A stretch of DNA of 63,880 bases, filler included, from Vezdaea acicularis (taxonomy: Eukaryota): NCBI GenBank assembly GCA_026025075.1. It is 9 parts of 9 records of this genome, joined end to end, with 100 filler letters (N's around TTAATTAATTAA, not from the genome) between each part and the next. Parts side by side here need not be neighbours in the genome. Positions count along the whole stretch, not along the records: positions 1 to 8,471 come from JAPEUI010000274.1; positions 8,572 to 16,959 come from JAPEUI010000275.1; 7 more parts are not named here. One strand, given 5' to 3'. The notes beneath the pieces are model-generated. The model was given only the letters and a program-made list of their open reading frames with translations, ran no database searches and was not told the origin of the DNA. Below, piece by piece: positions 1 through 13,084 of the stretch (position 1 is its first letter; each line of letters begins with the position of its first letter). The position numbers were made by a program, and so were the translations under genes.

Positions 1-2120
1 CACGTCGAGGAGCCTCCCACCGAAAGCCATGCGCTGGCTCAAACGGAACAAGATGAGAAAGGCGCGGCTCAAATTGGACATGACGAACCAGGAATTAATG
101 ATATTGGCTGGCATGAGGACCCCACGAAGGTTGCGTCGCTTGTTGGCGGATTACCGAATGAAGAGCTGTGGACTCTCTTGAGAAGATTCAACAAGGTATG
201 GAGTGAAGAAACAGTTAGAACTAGTTGCATGAGTCTAATGTGAGTCTAGCAAATGTACCATGTCAAAAAGATTTCGGAACCGCCTATCGGCGGTCTCGAC
301 CTCAACATTGCAGATGAGGAGGAGTTCTCGCCAGATAAACTGCGGAGTAATATCGAAAGGCTGTATATGACAGTGGTATGTAATGTTGCATATGACTTCT
401 AGAGTATGAGGAAACTGATCACAACTAGCTCATTGGACTAATTGGCTTCGGGAAACATATTATGCGCTTAAGATCTTGGAGGGAAACAAGGAGGACTGCT
501 GCATTCGCGACGGTAAAGAAACGCTTTGAATTGTTAGATGTCGACCGGGACTAATACTTGTGGCAGGTATATTTTGTTGCATGGGCTTTTGACTTTATAG
601 TGCCCCTCTTGCTCCTGACTCTCATCGTCCTCACTATCAGCCCATATTCGCGAGAGCTACTGTTTCCTCCAGCTCCCCTGGCTCTCGTGAGCGCTAAAAC
701 TGGCGGCGTCCAAAAGCCCAAGGCAGGCATGCTTGGAAGCCATGACAGTGTGACTGGTGCACCGGAAAAGCACCAAGGGGAGGCCGTGGAACAGGAAGCT
801 AGCAACTTTGTATCAGGCTTTGCATCTATCGCAATATCTAGCGCAAGTGGGAAACATCCTGAAAATACCACCCAAGAAGAAGGGGGTGCCATTGACACTT
901 CAGTTCCTGACCCAACAAATTTAGCGTCGGGAGCTTTGGATGCTAAATCCTCTGCGTCGGGTGCCGTGAACGAGAAGAAGCATGATAAGACCAAACAACC
1001 GGTCGAAGATGCCATCTGGCTCAAGGCTCGACCTGTCATGCACATCATAGGGGATCTGTCCGACGGATGGGAGCGATTTGGCAAGTACGGTTGTCTCTGA
1101 TCCCTTATGAACGGGGTACTAAATTGATACAGCGCTCTTTCACCAACCCCTCCGTTTTCTAGAGACGCAGCCCGCGTGAAGCTTGCCGGAATTCTAGCCC
1201 CTATTTTCTTAGCGGCGCTCTTCATCAGCTCATACATGGTGGTTAAGGGCCTTACTTTTGGCATCGGTGTCGGCCTATTTGGCGACCCGGTCACGTCACG
1301 CGGCCTTGCGTGGCTGAATAAAAACTACCCTGACTGGCCAAAATTCCTCGAAATCCGCAACACGGTCCTCAAAGGCGTCCCTACCAACGCCCAGTTGGCC
1401 ATAACACTCCTCCGTGTCGGCGAATCGAACCGCGCCCCTCTCCCGCCACCACCTTCATCCACCGCCCCACCCTCTTCCAAACCAGCCGACCTCAACCACG
1501 AAGATCTCGCCCTCGACGCCTCCCACGCTGAAGTCCAAGACGCCATACACCCTGAAGGCGGGGATGTCAATATCGCGCAAGGCATCGATGGCGACGAAGC
1601 CAAGAAGAAGCCCAAGCATGGCAGCAAGGTCCTCTCCTTCATCAAAGGCTCCACCCGCACGGGCGTCGGCGCCCTCCTAGGTACCGACCGTCTCAAAGCC
1701 AAAGCCGGTTCGGAAGTCTCCAAGAACCGGCTCGGCGTGGTGCCTCGCCCGAATGAACCCGCCGAGCGCGGCCCCGTCGATTTTGACGCTCGCTACCATG
1801 GCAAGAAAGGAAGGGCGTATATCAGCACCAGCTCGACGTCGCCGTGTATCGGCTTTACCGATAGCATGCCTAAGCGGGGCGAGCCCATCACGCCGCTGTG
1901 GAGCGTCGCCATCCCGGAGATCAGGGAGGTCAGGAAGGTCGGCGGGGTGGGCTGGAAGGCTAAGTTAGTGATTGGTTGGGCGATGGATCGCGAGGTGGCG
2001 GATGGCTTGGAGATTACGGATTCGAAGGGCGAGAAGATGGTTATTACGGCGATTCGGCAGAGGGACGAGCTGTTCAATAGGTTGATTGCTATGGGAGATC
2101 AGATGTGGGAGAGTTGGTAG
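1..2120 (+). CDS. DUF3292-type fungal membrane protein, 5'-partial; introns 196-249, 376-428, 513-566, 1085-1132
   Basis: Spliced reading gives GLPNEELWTLLRRFNK|QMYHVK...LDLNIADEEEFSPDKLRSNIERLYMTV and ends RDELFNRLIAMGDQMWESW*. All four introns are GT-AG and keep frame. Confidence 0.8.
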
Positions 2121-2455
2121 ACGAGAAGATGGCTGTTGGGTTCTAGGTTTACAAATGGGCCGTTCACAGGGCGTGAGCGGAAGATTTGGGTAACATGTCA
2201 GCTCGATGTAGTTGTGTCGAAGCTAGCAACCGCGTACCCCCGAGGCACCCTCCATAAAGGAGCCATGTAATTGTATCACTCTATATGCCTAGCTTCTAGC
2301 ATTTGCTCTTTCAATCTGTCCATGCACCAACTCCCATATTCAAGCACCCAACCATCATCCAATGCCGCTCTATCCATCCCCGAAAAATCCTACCTGCTCC
2401 CCTTTCTCTTTTAATTCCCCTTTTCTAACCCCCCCCTTTTTCTAGATTTCCCCAT

Positions 2456-3657
2456 CTAATATCCCTTCCGCCTATCCACCAAGTTCACAAACGCCTCCCC
2501 CCGTTCCCTCCTGCCCAGATTCTCACTCAGCACGTCCAAACTCCTCTCCTCCAAACTCGTGCTACTCGCGCTAATATGCGGCGTCACGAAACACCTGTCC
2601 AGCGTCCACAACTCGCTATCCTTTGGCAAAGGCTCCGGCGTGGCCCCATCCAGCGCCGCCCCGCCTAACCCGCCTTGGCCGACCGGCTTCTTCAACGCCG
2701 CGATCAAGGCCTCCTGGTCCAGAATCTTGCCCCGCGCGAGATTACTCACGAACGCGCCCTTCTTTCCTAGAATGTCGAACTCGTCTTTGCCGAGCATATG
2801 CGTGGTCTCTGGCGTCAGGGGCAGCGAGACGAGCAGCACGTCCAGCCCGGCCAGGAAAGCATGAAGTTCAGCCTTTGCGCTGCCGCTGAACCAGCGCTCG
2901 GGAATGGTGCCCTCAACGTCGCCCGTGCGCGGGACGGTCCAGTTGCGCTCGCGCTTGCTCTCGGGGGTGCGCCGCGGCGAGTGCGTGTAGGCCCATACGC
3001 GCATGCCCATGGCGTCTGCAATGCGCGCGCATTGTCGTCCGATGGCGCCGTAGCCGAGGACGCCGAGGGTTAGACCGACGGAGTCGCGGACGGGTGGGAG
3101 TGCGCTGTGAGCGCCCCAGTGGTGCTGGGATTGCCAGGTTAGTAGCAGGGGGAGGTGGTGCGTGAAGGAGAGGAGGGTGGTGGTGAAGTGCTCGGCTATT
3201 TGCGGGGCGGAGATGCCGGAAGATGTCGTGATGGGGATGTTGGTGTCCTTGTAGATGGGGTCTTGCACGATGTGGTCGATGCCGGCGGAGAAGAGGTGGA
3301 TGTAGCTCAGGACCGGGCTGGATGAGGGATGTGGGAGGTAGGTCAGCGTTAGGAGGATGGTGCAGTCTGCGAAGAGGTCTGGTGAAGTCTTAGTAGGTGT
3401 GCTTGTATGGGATGATTGGAGGGATGAAGGTTGGGGAATGTTGGGGGCCTTTGGGGGGGTGCGAAAGGAAGGGGGCTACCTTTTTCAAGGGTGGGATCGT
3501 CGCTGCTGAAGGGCGTGCTTTTGAACTCGCAAGCTTGAAAGGTGATCTTTTTGATGCTGGGATGGGCCTTGCGAAGGGCGGCGAGCTGGGCCTTATTGAA
3601 GGTGTAGTTCTTGGGGAGTGTTATTACAAGGTGGTCCTCTTTCTCTCCGCCGCCCAT
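2456..3657 (-). CDS. D-isomer-specific 2-hydroxyacid dehydrogenase (NAD-binding); intron 3379-3479
   Basis: Rossmann motif GVLGYGAIG, SLPLTPET, catalytic NLARG, PEPLP and TPHIS. ATG at 3657 (MGGGEKED). Confidence 0.9.
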
Positions 3658-4443
3658 TGCCGTTGTCTCTGCTTGGAGATTCAGAGTGAGGATTGAGGGG
3701 AAGGGAGCAGATAGCAAGTATTGAAGTGAAAGATGAAAGTAGGAGAGGTGGAATGCTAAGGTGGTCAGGCCGTGTGTTTATGCTGATGAGGCCATGGAAA
3801 TACAAGAGATGCAACGGGGCGTGCACCGCCGTCATTCACCCCACGTTCCATCCTTGTCTAGCTCGACCCCTAGCCCGTCGAGTCATCCAACCTAAGCCAG
3901 CTAGCTGGATCCAAAATACCGTTGTTCCGCCTTTCGGATGACATAATCCGGGCTCCTGATCGGACGAACCAATCCGAACGATCCAATAGCATTCAGCAAG
4001 CACAAGGCACAGTCAATCTGGCCTAAGAGTAAGCAATAACGCGGTTGATATGTAGCATAGGCTACATAGCCAGCTCCATTTAGTGGGAGACTCCTGGAGC
4101 AGCGCATAGTCTAGCCAAGCTGTTATTCTTAGGCTGGAGTGGTGTTGTATCTCGTGGCAAGAGGCGATACTTTCCAGCACCCGGAATACCCTTCCCATGG
4201 TTGCGTAGTTCCCCCCGAGCGCTCGCGCAACCCGGGTATAACTCAGCAAAGAGGCAAATCATAGCTTCCCCATGTAATATCAGCCAAACCTTCTGCTCTG
4301 TTTATGCCGCAGCGAAGTAATAATACGCGGCGCTCTCTCGTAAGCTTTGTTCGAGCGTAAGAGATGATGCGCACGGCGAAGGCGACGGCACTCCAAGTTA
4401 TCACTTCTAAGCAGCCCCCTGCAGTTATTCATTGAAACCGAAA

Positions 4444-6457
4444 ATGTCTTATAACCCTTACATTGATGAAGATTCCATTTCACAAGGACGATTTCACGTA
4501 CTTGCTGAACCAATCTCTGCTGAAGGTGAAAGCTTCGAGTAAGAAGCTGCGCCGGTCGCAAAGAGCCTGGCTGATTCTCGATCAAGCATAATTGCACTCC
4601 ACGGCATCTTTGGCCACTGGAGAAACAGTTGGGTCGACCCGGAGACGGGATTCTTCTGGTTGCGGGATGCGCTTCCTAGCATCTGTCCATCGAGCCGGAT
4701 TCTAGCTTACGAGTTTGCAGACGATGTCCGTGACCTTAAGAATAGAGATGCCGATGGTCTGTTGGTTGATCTGATAGCAAATAGACGTGCTCAAGGCCGA
4801 TCTCATCAGCCTATTGTCTTTGTTGCCTCGGTCTTGGGAGGGTGTCTGGCAAAGCAGCTGTTCGTGTCCAGCTCACCATCTCGGAACTCTCGACCCGATG
4901 TTCACCAATTGCATGCATCTATCCGTGGTATAGCATATTTCAGCACTCCTCATCGGACCAAAGTGCTGTCTGAAGAGGAAGAGTTTGTTTCCCAGTGGGG
5001 GAAGCGCATTACCCTTGGCCTATCTAAAGGGTTAAACGGTTTTCAGAAGTGCATCGAAGCCATACAGAAAATCAACTATGACTTCAGGCTGCTTTGGGGC
5101 GAGGAAATCCCGAGCGTCTGTTTCTATGATAATGTCAAGGTGAAGACGGGATTCACTAAAGTAAATCAAGTTCTGTATTTTCCACATGACCATGCAGACT
5201 GACAAACCTCCTCAGCAAATACTGATGGGTTCGGAGCGAGGCACGATGGTCTCACAACATTCTGAAAAGATACCAATCGAAGCCGATCTTTCCAACGTCA
5301 ATCGATTCAAGTCAGCCAACGACCCCAACCTAATCCGAGTTCTCGATGGTCTAGACCAGCTACTGCAACGTGCTCAACTGCCCCCTCCTCCGCGATTTCC
5401 TGCTACGCTTCAACCCGCAGAGGATTCTACCACTAACCCAACACTCCGACTGCTATGCCTAGACGGCGGAGGCGTCCGCGGTCTGTTTTCCATCCTCGTG
5501 CTGGAACGACTCATGGAAGAAGTGCATCGCCTCAGCGGCGGAACCGGCACGGCCCCGAAGCCCTGCGATTTCTTCGATCTCATCGGCGGGACCAGCACCG
5601 GCGGTCTCATCGCCATCATGCTCGGCCGCCTACAGATGGACCTCATCTCCTGCAAAGCCGCCTACCGCGACATGGCCATGAACATCTTCAAATCCTCGAG
5701 CGTCCGCTTCCCCGGTAAGAAGTGGCTAGACGCCACGAGAGGCGTGTCCTGGTTTTCCGCTGAAGCACTGCAGGCAGCCATCCGCAAGGTGGTCGCCGAA
5801 AGGATCACCGCCGCCGAGCGGATCGAATTGTCGCAGGCTGGAAAAGTGTCTGGCGACGCTCCATTACTGTCCGAGCACTCTGTCAGGGCCAAATCGTTCG
5901 TCTGCGCCATCGTCGACGAAAGCCACGAATGCGTCCGGCTGCGCTCCTACCGCTCCAACACCGGCGTCGCCGACGACCTCTACACCATCTGGGAAGCCGG
6001 CCGCGCCACCTCCGCCGCCCCGCTGTACTTCCCCCCCATCGAGATCCAAGGCCACCGCTACTACGACGGCGGCATGCAGAGCAACAACCCCATCCTCGAG
6101 ACCGTCGAAGAAGCCTTTCTCCTATGGGGCGCCAACGCCTCACCCACCGCCATTGTGAGCATCGGCACGGGCAAATCCCAGAGCGTCGAGCCCGGCGTGC
6201 ATCTCTTCGACGTCATGAAAAGCCTGGCCTCGCGCTCGACGAATACGGAAGTCAAGCACAACGAGTTCCTTCGCCGCTTCGAGGGGCTCAAGGATAATTA
6301 CTTTCGGCTCCAGCAGCCGGATGCGCTCGGCGAAATTGATCTCGCGGCCTCGGATAGGCTCGGGGAGATTGAGAAGTTGGCGGACGAGTACCTCGTCTCG
6401 GAGGAAGGGAGGAGTGTCCTTGCAAGGTGTGCCGCGAAGCTGTGTAGTACCGCCTAG
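4444..6457 (+). CDS. Fusion of N-terminal SesB/DUF676-like alpha/beta-hydrolase and C-terminal patatin-like phospholipase; introns 4539-4586 and 5161-5215
   Basis: Hydrolase part: DIIALHGIFGHWRNSW..FWLRDALP..RILAYEF, STPHR. Patatin part: DGGGVRG, GGTSTG, ATSAAP, DGG, SIGTG. Both introns join in frame. Confidence 0.85.
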
Positions 6458-8216
6458 GTTAATATTCGAAAAAACCCACCTCCCGTTGGACCCAACCACA
6501 AGTGCGTCATCCAGTGAAATCCGGCGTTTATGTCCATCCCCTCTTGCATCCTTTCCTACCTCAAAAAGATCTCCTCAATAGATAGACAGCCCCACCTACA
6601 CATTCCTTACACCAGCGGAAACAAAACAAGATCTACCTAACGCCTTGTAATTCTCCTCCCTCTCAAGCCCCCTTGAGCAAAGTCCCTTCCCCTAGCCCTC
6701 AACCCCCTACCCATTACCACCTCCACTCAACCCCCCTGCTAAAAACCCCCCCACACCAAAACCTTGCACACCCCCTCCCAACCGACCCGTCACCGAACGC
6801 ATCTCCCCCCCTCCCTCTTCCCTCTCCCACCAGAACCAGACCCAGACGATGACGAGAGGAGACATGACCCGAAAACGAGACGAGAACGAGGTGCGGAGCA
6901 GAAAGTCGAGCCGAAATCGAAGAAACGAACAACAGAGAAAACTCACACCCCTCCCCCTCCCACAGCCCAACAGCGCGCCAAGTATGCATTCCAGAATACG
7001 ACACGTGCATACTAGCAGGTGCGACGATACTCATGCGAGCGTTGAGAAGCGGGCGGGTCGTGTCATGTTATGTCATATCATATGATATTATATACATATA
7101 GGGGGTAGAGTAGTGGAGTTGTATAACAACAGGGATAAGAATAACGCGATGGAGAGAGATGAAGGGGTGAGTCTGGGAAAAGGGGGGGTGGGGGTGTAGG
7201 ATTTGTTTTGTGGTGCGTTTGCGGGGCGGGGCGGGGCGGGGAGGGGAGGAGAGGGGAGGGTGGTAAGGGAGAAGGGAGGGATGGTGATGGTGATGGATGG
7301 TGGACGGGGATGGATGGTAGGTTTCTGGGGGGCTGGGGTGTTGGAAAAGGGGACAGGGGATGGAGAGGGTGGAGAGGATGATACGATAGCAGCGCCGAGG
7401 ATTTGGGCTAGGCGAGGGGCGCTTGTGGGTTCCTCGGGGATAAATCCACATCCCCCCCTATCTCCCTCCCGCTTATCCTAAAGTCACGTCTCACGGGCCG
7501 AGTACTCAAACCGCACGACACAATCGAACAGATAGAAGGTTCACCAGCGTCTCCCACTCCCTGGAAAAAAGGGGGACGAAAAGATCGATAGGTCAAGAGA
7601 GAGAGAGATGGAGGGAAATTAAAAATAATCGAATTAGCTCTAATAAGCTTTTCTCTTAACTTTTTTTTTCATCGCCGCCTTCTATGCGACTAGAGAAAAA
7701 ACTTTTCTTTTCCCAAAGATGTCGTTAGAGAGGTCGTAGGAAAGAGACCAACAAGAACAAGAGCAACGAGGAGTAAAACAGTTTGCCGCCCAGTAGTAAT
7801 AGTAATAGTAATAGTCGTAAATCGCAGTCATAGTTCATCTCCAGAGTATTTCCCAAAAAAAAGAAATAGGCAGGCATATCAGCAGGAAGGAAGCCACCGG
7901 GGTCCTCATTCTTCTGCAGCAACAAAGAAAAGGGGGGGGGGGGACAAAAAGGGGACGACTAGCGCCAGACACCTGAAAGCTCTAAGCGCTGCGAAAAGGA
8001 CAAAAAAACAATGCCCGAAATGTCGTTATAAGGTTTTAGCATGGGATTTTTTGCTCTTTGCTGAAAACGACGAATTCCTCCCAGTTATTACGAAAGAAAG
8101 AACGAAGATGAGGAAAAAAAACAGACGAAGCCTCCCAGAGAAAACAAAGAAAAGACCAGGATGCGATTGGACGGCAAAGGAAAATGACAAATTTGAGATC
8201 GGATGGGATGGACCGA

Positions 8217-8471
8217 TCAGAGAGACTTTTCAAGGGCAATGAGCTCCTTGAAGCCGGCCGCAAATGCGTGGGCCTCGTCCGTGGTCGGGCGGGGGAGGGG
8301 CTTGCGGCCGTAGCCGCCGTAGCCGAAGTAGGTCTGCAGCGCCGACTTGGTGCCGACGATGCCGCCCTGGATGGCGGCCCAGTCGCCGCGCGCGAGCACC
8401 GCCTGCATCTTCTGCGCGTCCGCCACCTGGCCGGCCATGTACCGGTTGATGACCTGCACGCACGCCTTGGG
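8217..8471 (-). CDS. C-terminal fragment of a DHDPS-family aldolase (L-threo-3-deoxy-hexylosonate aldolase-like), cut by contig end
   Basis: PKACVQV...ARGDWAAIQGGIVGTKSALQTYFGYGGYGRKPLPRP resembles the C-terminus of fungal galacturonate-pathway aldolases. Confidence 0.7.
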   Translation of the reverse strand, partial: PKACVQVINRYMAGQVADAQKMQAVLARGDWAAIQGGIVGTKSALQTYFGYGGYGRKPLPRPTTDEAHAFAAGFKELIALEKSL

Positions 8472-8571
8472 NNNNNNNNNNNNNNNNNNNNNNNNNNNNN
8501 NNNNNNNNNNNNNNNTTAATTAATTAANNNNNNNNNNNNNNNNNNNNNNNNNNNNNNNNNNNNNNNNNNNN
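8472..8571. other. Artificial contig linker N44-TTAATTAATTAA-N44. Identical linkers at 16960-17059, 25383-25482, 33294-33393, 40215-40314, 46936-47035, 53509-53608 and 59984-60083
   Basis: 100-nt spacer with stops in all six frames. Enclosed contigs measure 8388, 8323, 7811, 6821, 6621, 6473 and 6375 nt, in descending order. Confidence 0.98.
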
Positions 8572-9162
8572 GGGGGGGGGGGGGGGGGGGGGGCATAGAC
8601 GTTGATATGCTAGAGAAAACTCATGTACTGGTCAAGGGGAGGAGGGGGACAGGAGTAGCATTCACGCATTCAGGCACACATACAGCTCAGACCCTCCCAT
8701 CAAACAATCTTTCTCTGTGGGTGTATAGAGGGGAAAAATGCATTCTCTCTCTCTCCGCAGGACCCACAGCACCGAACCCATGCAAAGAACCCCTCAGCCA
8801 AGATAAGAATATACTAAGATCGGACCAGAAAACACAATAGCGGGGAGGGAAAAGATAAAAAGGATCAAGATCCGCAGCAGCCGCCCACTCCCACCTTTCC
8901 ATGCCGTATGCATCATCGCGCGACAAATTTGATGAGAAGAGCGGGGGGAAAAGAGACCAAAAGGGCAGGACCGACAACGCCAGCTGTGTCCGAAAACCTT
9001 AAGCCGGATGAGAAGAGAGGGGGGAGGGGTACGACCGCGCCAGAGCCAGCTATGGTGATGCATGGGGCGGCCAAGGCTGGAAAACGATGCTGCGGGAATC
9101 TCATGTCTATTGGGTGTTGAAAGGAGATGTATTTAACGACTAGTGAGAAGCGCGATCGCTGG

Positions 9163-11523
9163 CTACCTGCTGAGGAAGACGCTGGAGCTCGGCCCGCCCC
9201 ATTGGCTAACTTTATTCGGGTCGGGACCCCATCTGCATGAGGGTGTGAGTGAATGAATAGGGCGGTAGGATGGGAGGGTGCTTACATGCGGACTTTCTGG
9301 TCGTCGCCGCACGAGGCGAACATACGCGGGTTCGTGGGATTCCAGGAGACGCAATTGATGACGCCGGGGTGGGCTTCGAACTTCTCTAGTAGTGAGCTGT
9401 TCTCCTTGTGCCAAATGTATATGTGCGAGTCTGTCTGAACGTTAGGCCTCAAATTCCGTCTAGTGAGAGTGCGAGGGAAATGCAAATCTGCTCTCACCTT
9501 CGCTGCCGCTGATGACGAAGTTTTCGTCCGCACCTCCAAAGCAACTCTTGACAACGTAGTTGCCCTGCCTCTGGCCGGTGAACCGACGAACGGGCTTGAA
9601 AGTGCGAACATCCAGTATCTGGATTTCATTATCGGACCTGTTGATGAGAATGTATGCGGAGTCTTGTGTGAACTTGACGCTAGTGATATCTTGCGTCTCA
9701 ATCTTTTCGCACTTGAGCTCTTCCTTGGTGGCGAAGTTGTAGAGATGAATGATATTCGTTTCAGAGACCGTGACCATCAGACTCGCGTCTGGGGAGATTC
9801 GTACATCCTGCACGCGACAATTGTGCTTTTGTTTCCATTGGTAGCGGAGATCTCCTTTCAGATCCCAGAGGCATACTGGTGACGAGTTATCCATTGATCC
9901 CGTGACAAAAGTTTTGCCGTCTGGTGCCCAACATGCTGAAGACACTGGTTGTAGATGATGGTTGATAGTGACTAAGCATTTGCCGGTCTTGCCCAACTTG
10001 TCAGCTCCCAAATCTTACCAGGGTGCGAACTAACTTACTTGGGTATCCCAGAGCTTGGCCCGGTAGTCCAAAGAGCAGCTGATTATCTTCGTGTCGTCGG
10101 GGCTCCATGCAACATAGCAAACGCCCTCTTCATGCTCGGCAAGCACGTGAATGACGTCAAAATTGAGCGTATCATATATGATCACCGACTTGTCCAGGCT
10201 CGAAGTGGCCAGCCGTTTGCCGTCATGTGAAAATTCCAAGTACCAGACCTGGTTCGTGTGAGTATGCAGTTCGTGAATGGTCCGACTCGGAAACTGGCTA
10301 GGATCGCACATGTGGTCGGAGTACAGCGAGGGTGACCCGGCGACGCTGTGGTACTTGCAATTCGATATCTGATTCCTCTTGACTTGTTGTAGTAGATCCG
10401 CTAATCGATGCTCGGGAACCATCACCGAGGGAGAGATTGATATCGAGAGTTGTGACAGAAGGTTCTGGCGGGACCGACCATTCGAGCCATCCCAGTCCGC
10501 CCTAAGCCTCAAGTCCTCCGAGGATTGACACATCATGAGACTCGATAATGCAGGCAGTCTGCCTCTATCATTCTGCAGAGGCGCCAGCTCTTGTCTCAAC
10601 ACCATGAGAGCGCTCCCCAAGTCCCTTATTTCCAGGAGCTCGAGGAACTTCTGCTGCCTCAGCTGGAAGAGCATCTCGTCACGATCAGCCTCTTCTCGTA
10701 ACACCAGGCCGTTGCTCGGCCTGGTGAGATCTTCATGGCTCCCACTTTTCCCTTTGTAATCTGAATCTTCCCCGAAAAGCAGCGATTCTGCCTCTGTCCA
10801 CTCCCCATGTAACACCGATCTCCGGAACGCGGCAACTGCAGAACTCTCCAAGGCGAAGCCACTCTCATGGGTCAATGCAGCCGCGGCACCCCCATAGCCG
10901 AGATCGTTCAACCCTTGTATCAGTATCCTAGTAACTTCCTCCCTATCGTGCCCAAAATATTCAGGGAGAGCTTTCCCTTGTGATGATGAGACCCCATTTG
11001 TATATGTGGAGCCATTGGTGGTCGGTGATATATGCGTGGTGCCGTTCGTTGAGTTGGACAAGGCGGTTTTGTGGAGAGGTGAGAGTGTTGATCCGTTCGA
11101 GAGAGGGCGAGAGTTTGAAGGCTGGGAGTTGGATGTGTCTGCACTAAGCCGCATCGTATGTGAGTCGAGCCGCCTGCGTTTACGACTTCGTTGTGAGAGA
11201 TCAGTGATAGATCCAGTCGGATCGTCTTCCCGGTTGTCTCCTAGTTCTGGTGCAAACCCGGTCCTCTGCCTATTCGTCGACTCTAGAGAAGGAGATGGGC
11301 TGCGGCGTCGTCTCCGACCTTGGGGTGCTCGGGTGTTCTGTCGGGTAGCTTGTTGCTGGGAGGCGGTCTCACTCTGGAGCTGCGCGTCGACCGAATTATT
11401 GATGTCAGACTCGTTAGGCGTAGGGGTGGTGCTCGGCGAAGGTGGTTCTCCCGAGGGAAGAGGTGGGGAGGGCTGGTCGGAGTGGGCTGGAGATGAGCGA
11501 TCTCTGGGGAGTTCGCTGGCCAC
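9163..11523 (-). CDS. GID7: LisH/CTLH + WD40 protein, WDR26/Gid7 subunit of the GID/CTLH ubiquitin ligase; introns 9988-10038, 9431-9497, 9233-9285
   Basis: GHDREEVTRILIQGL (LisH), QQKFLELLE (CTLH), VMVPEHRL, WD repeats (NQVWYLEFSHDGKRLAT; SCFGGADENFVISGSE; FASCGDDQKVRIW). Confidence 0.88.
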
Positions 11524-13084
11524 GACGGCAGTTACAGGAGCGCTGCTGATGTCAAGTCACCAGAGCTCTCCCAGAGGTTTTTTGGACAGATGGGCTTTCG
11601 GATGCCCCCTCGAGAAGATTTCCAAATATGAGCCGGCCAGCCGGCGGCCTTCTCGGTGGCTGGGAGATCGGTCGAGCTTTGTGGAGCTTGAGGAAGATCT
11701 TGGAAGCTCGAGAGATGCAGATGACGCGAGCAGGACAGCAGAGTCTCTCGGACGCAGCTTTACACGTTGCTCTTTGGACGTGCGAGAAAGTTGATGGACA
11801 TCTGACGACGGCCACGCGTCGATGGATAGGCTAAGAGTTGGGAAGGAGCTTCGGAAGAGTCTGAGATGTATCGAACTGGTATCTGTTGGCTCCGTGGATC
11901 CTGCCGAAAGAACATGGGGTGGTCGTCGAGGTTGGTGGAGTGGCAGCGCGATGTCGTCGGCGGTTCGCTAAGGCGTCGTGGGAGACAGGCACGACAGGGT
12001 CAGAGCTGGTGCAGTCAGACTGGGACAGCGAGATCCTGTCACGGAGGCGAGGTTGTCCGAGGGTTTGACGGGTGGGAAAACACTCAGATGGAGTCTCAGT
12101 GCCAGTCTCGTAAGCTTAAGGTTGCTAGTGGGGAAGTTGTGTTTTGGCAGAGAGTCGCGGAGGGACAAAGAGAGGGAGGGAGGGCAGGTGGTCTACAAGA
12201 CAAGCTCGTGCAAGTGGCAGAAGAAGCAGCGCCGATTAGGTGGAGGCCGCCGTCGGCTGAGCGGCCAGCAAACAGTCCATAGGGAAGCGGACAGTTTACG
12301 AAGGGTCACCGGACACGGACAGGAGAAGTAGCAGTCTCGCCGCGGGCATAGACGCTCGTATTCACATGTAGTCTCAGGAGTAAAGTACATCTAATGGGAT
12401 CTCCTCGAGTGGTACTTGGCTGAGAGCGGCGGGGAGGCGGAGAGGGGAAGTCACGCCGCCCGAAGACCCCTCTTGCTTGACAATCAAAGGCCGAGCAATC
12501 GGGAGCAGCAGCTGTGCACGAGGTGGATATAAAGAGCAGAGTCGCATGGCCGAGTACACGGGCAAGATCACAGCATGTGCTTCCTCCTGCTCGAGATCTG
12601 AGGCGCATGGACCAGATGGCGGCCGTGGTGGGGGGTGGGACGACTTTCGGCGCGCCGATAACCAGAGGTCAACAACCCGCACAACCTGGCAGCTGCTCGT
12701 CGCTTGTTACTGCAAACTGGTTAGCGCAGCGTCGCAATGCCAGTCACGACGGCCCCAACCACCAGGACACCGCGCCATACCTTGACGTGATCTGGAGATA
12801 CTGTAGACGTTTTCTGTTCGCCGGTAGCTGTAGCTGTAGCTCTCGCCGCCGCCGTCAATTGCATGCTGGGGCTGAGGTCGAGCCGCCTGAGAACCCGCCC
12901 ATCCCTGCTTGATCTGCTCTCCAAAAGAGACACCATCTGCCTATCATCCGGTTCGGCAGCTACTCCAGGACCAGACATCGACGTCCAAGCTTCCACTGTC
13001 CCGCCACCCCATTCGGCTGAAGCGATCTTTCCAAAAACATCCAGACTGAGAATCACTTCACTTGCAACCAGCAACACCGCCATA

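Noticed and set aside
5400..6457. GC increase in the patatin half as a sign of recent fusion or horizontal transfer
   Set aside because: A similar 5'-to-3' GC rise occurs in the DUF3292 gene and the sugar porter, so it is not specific.
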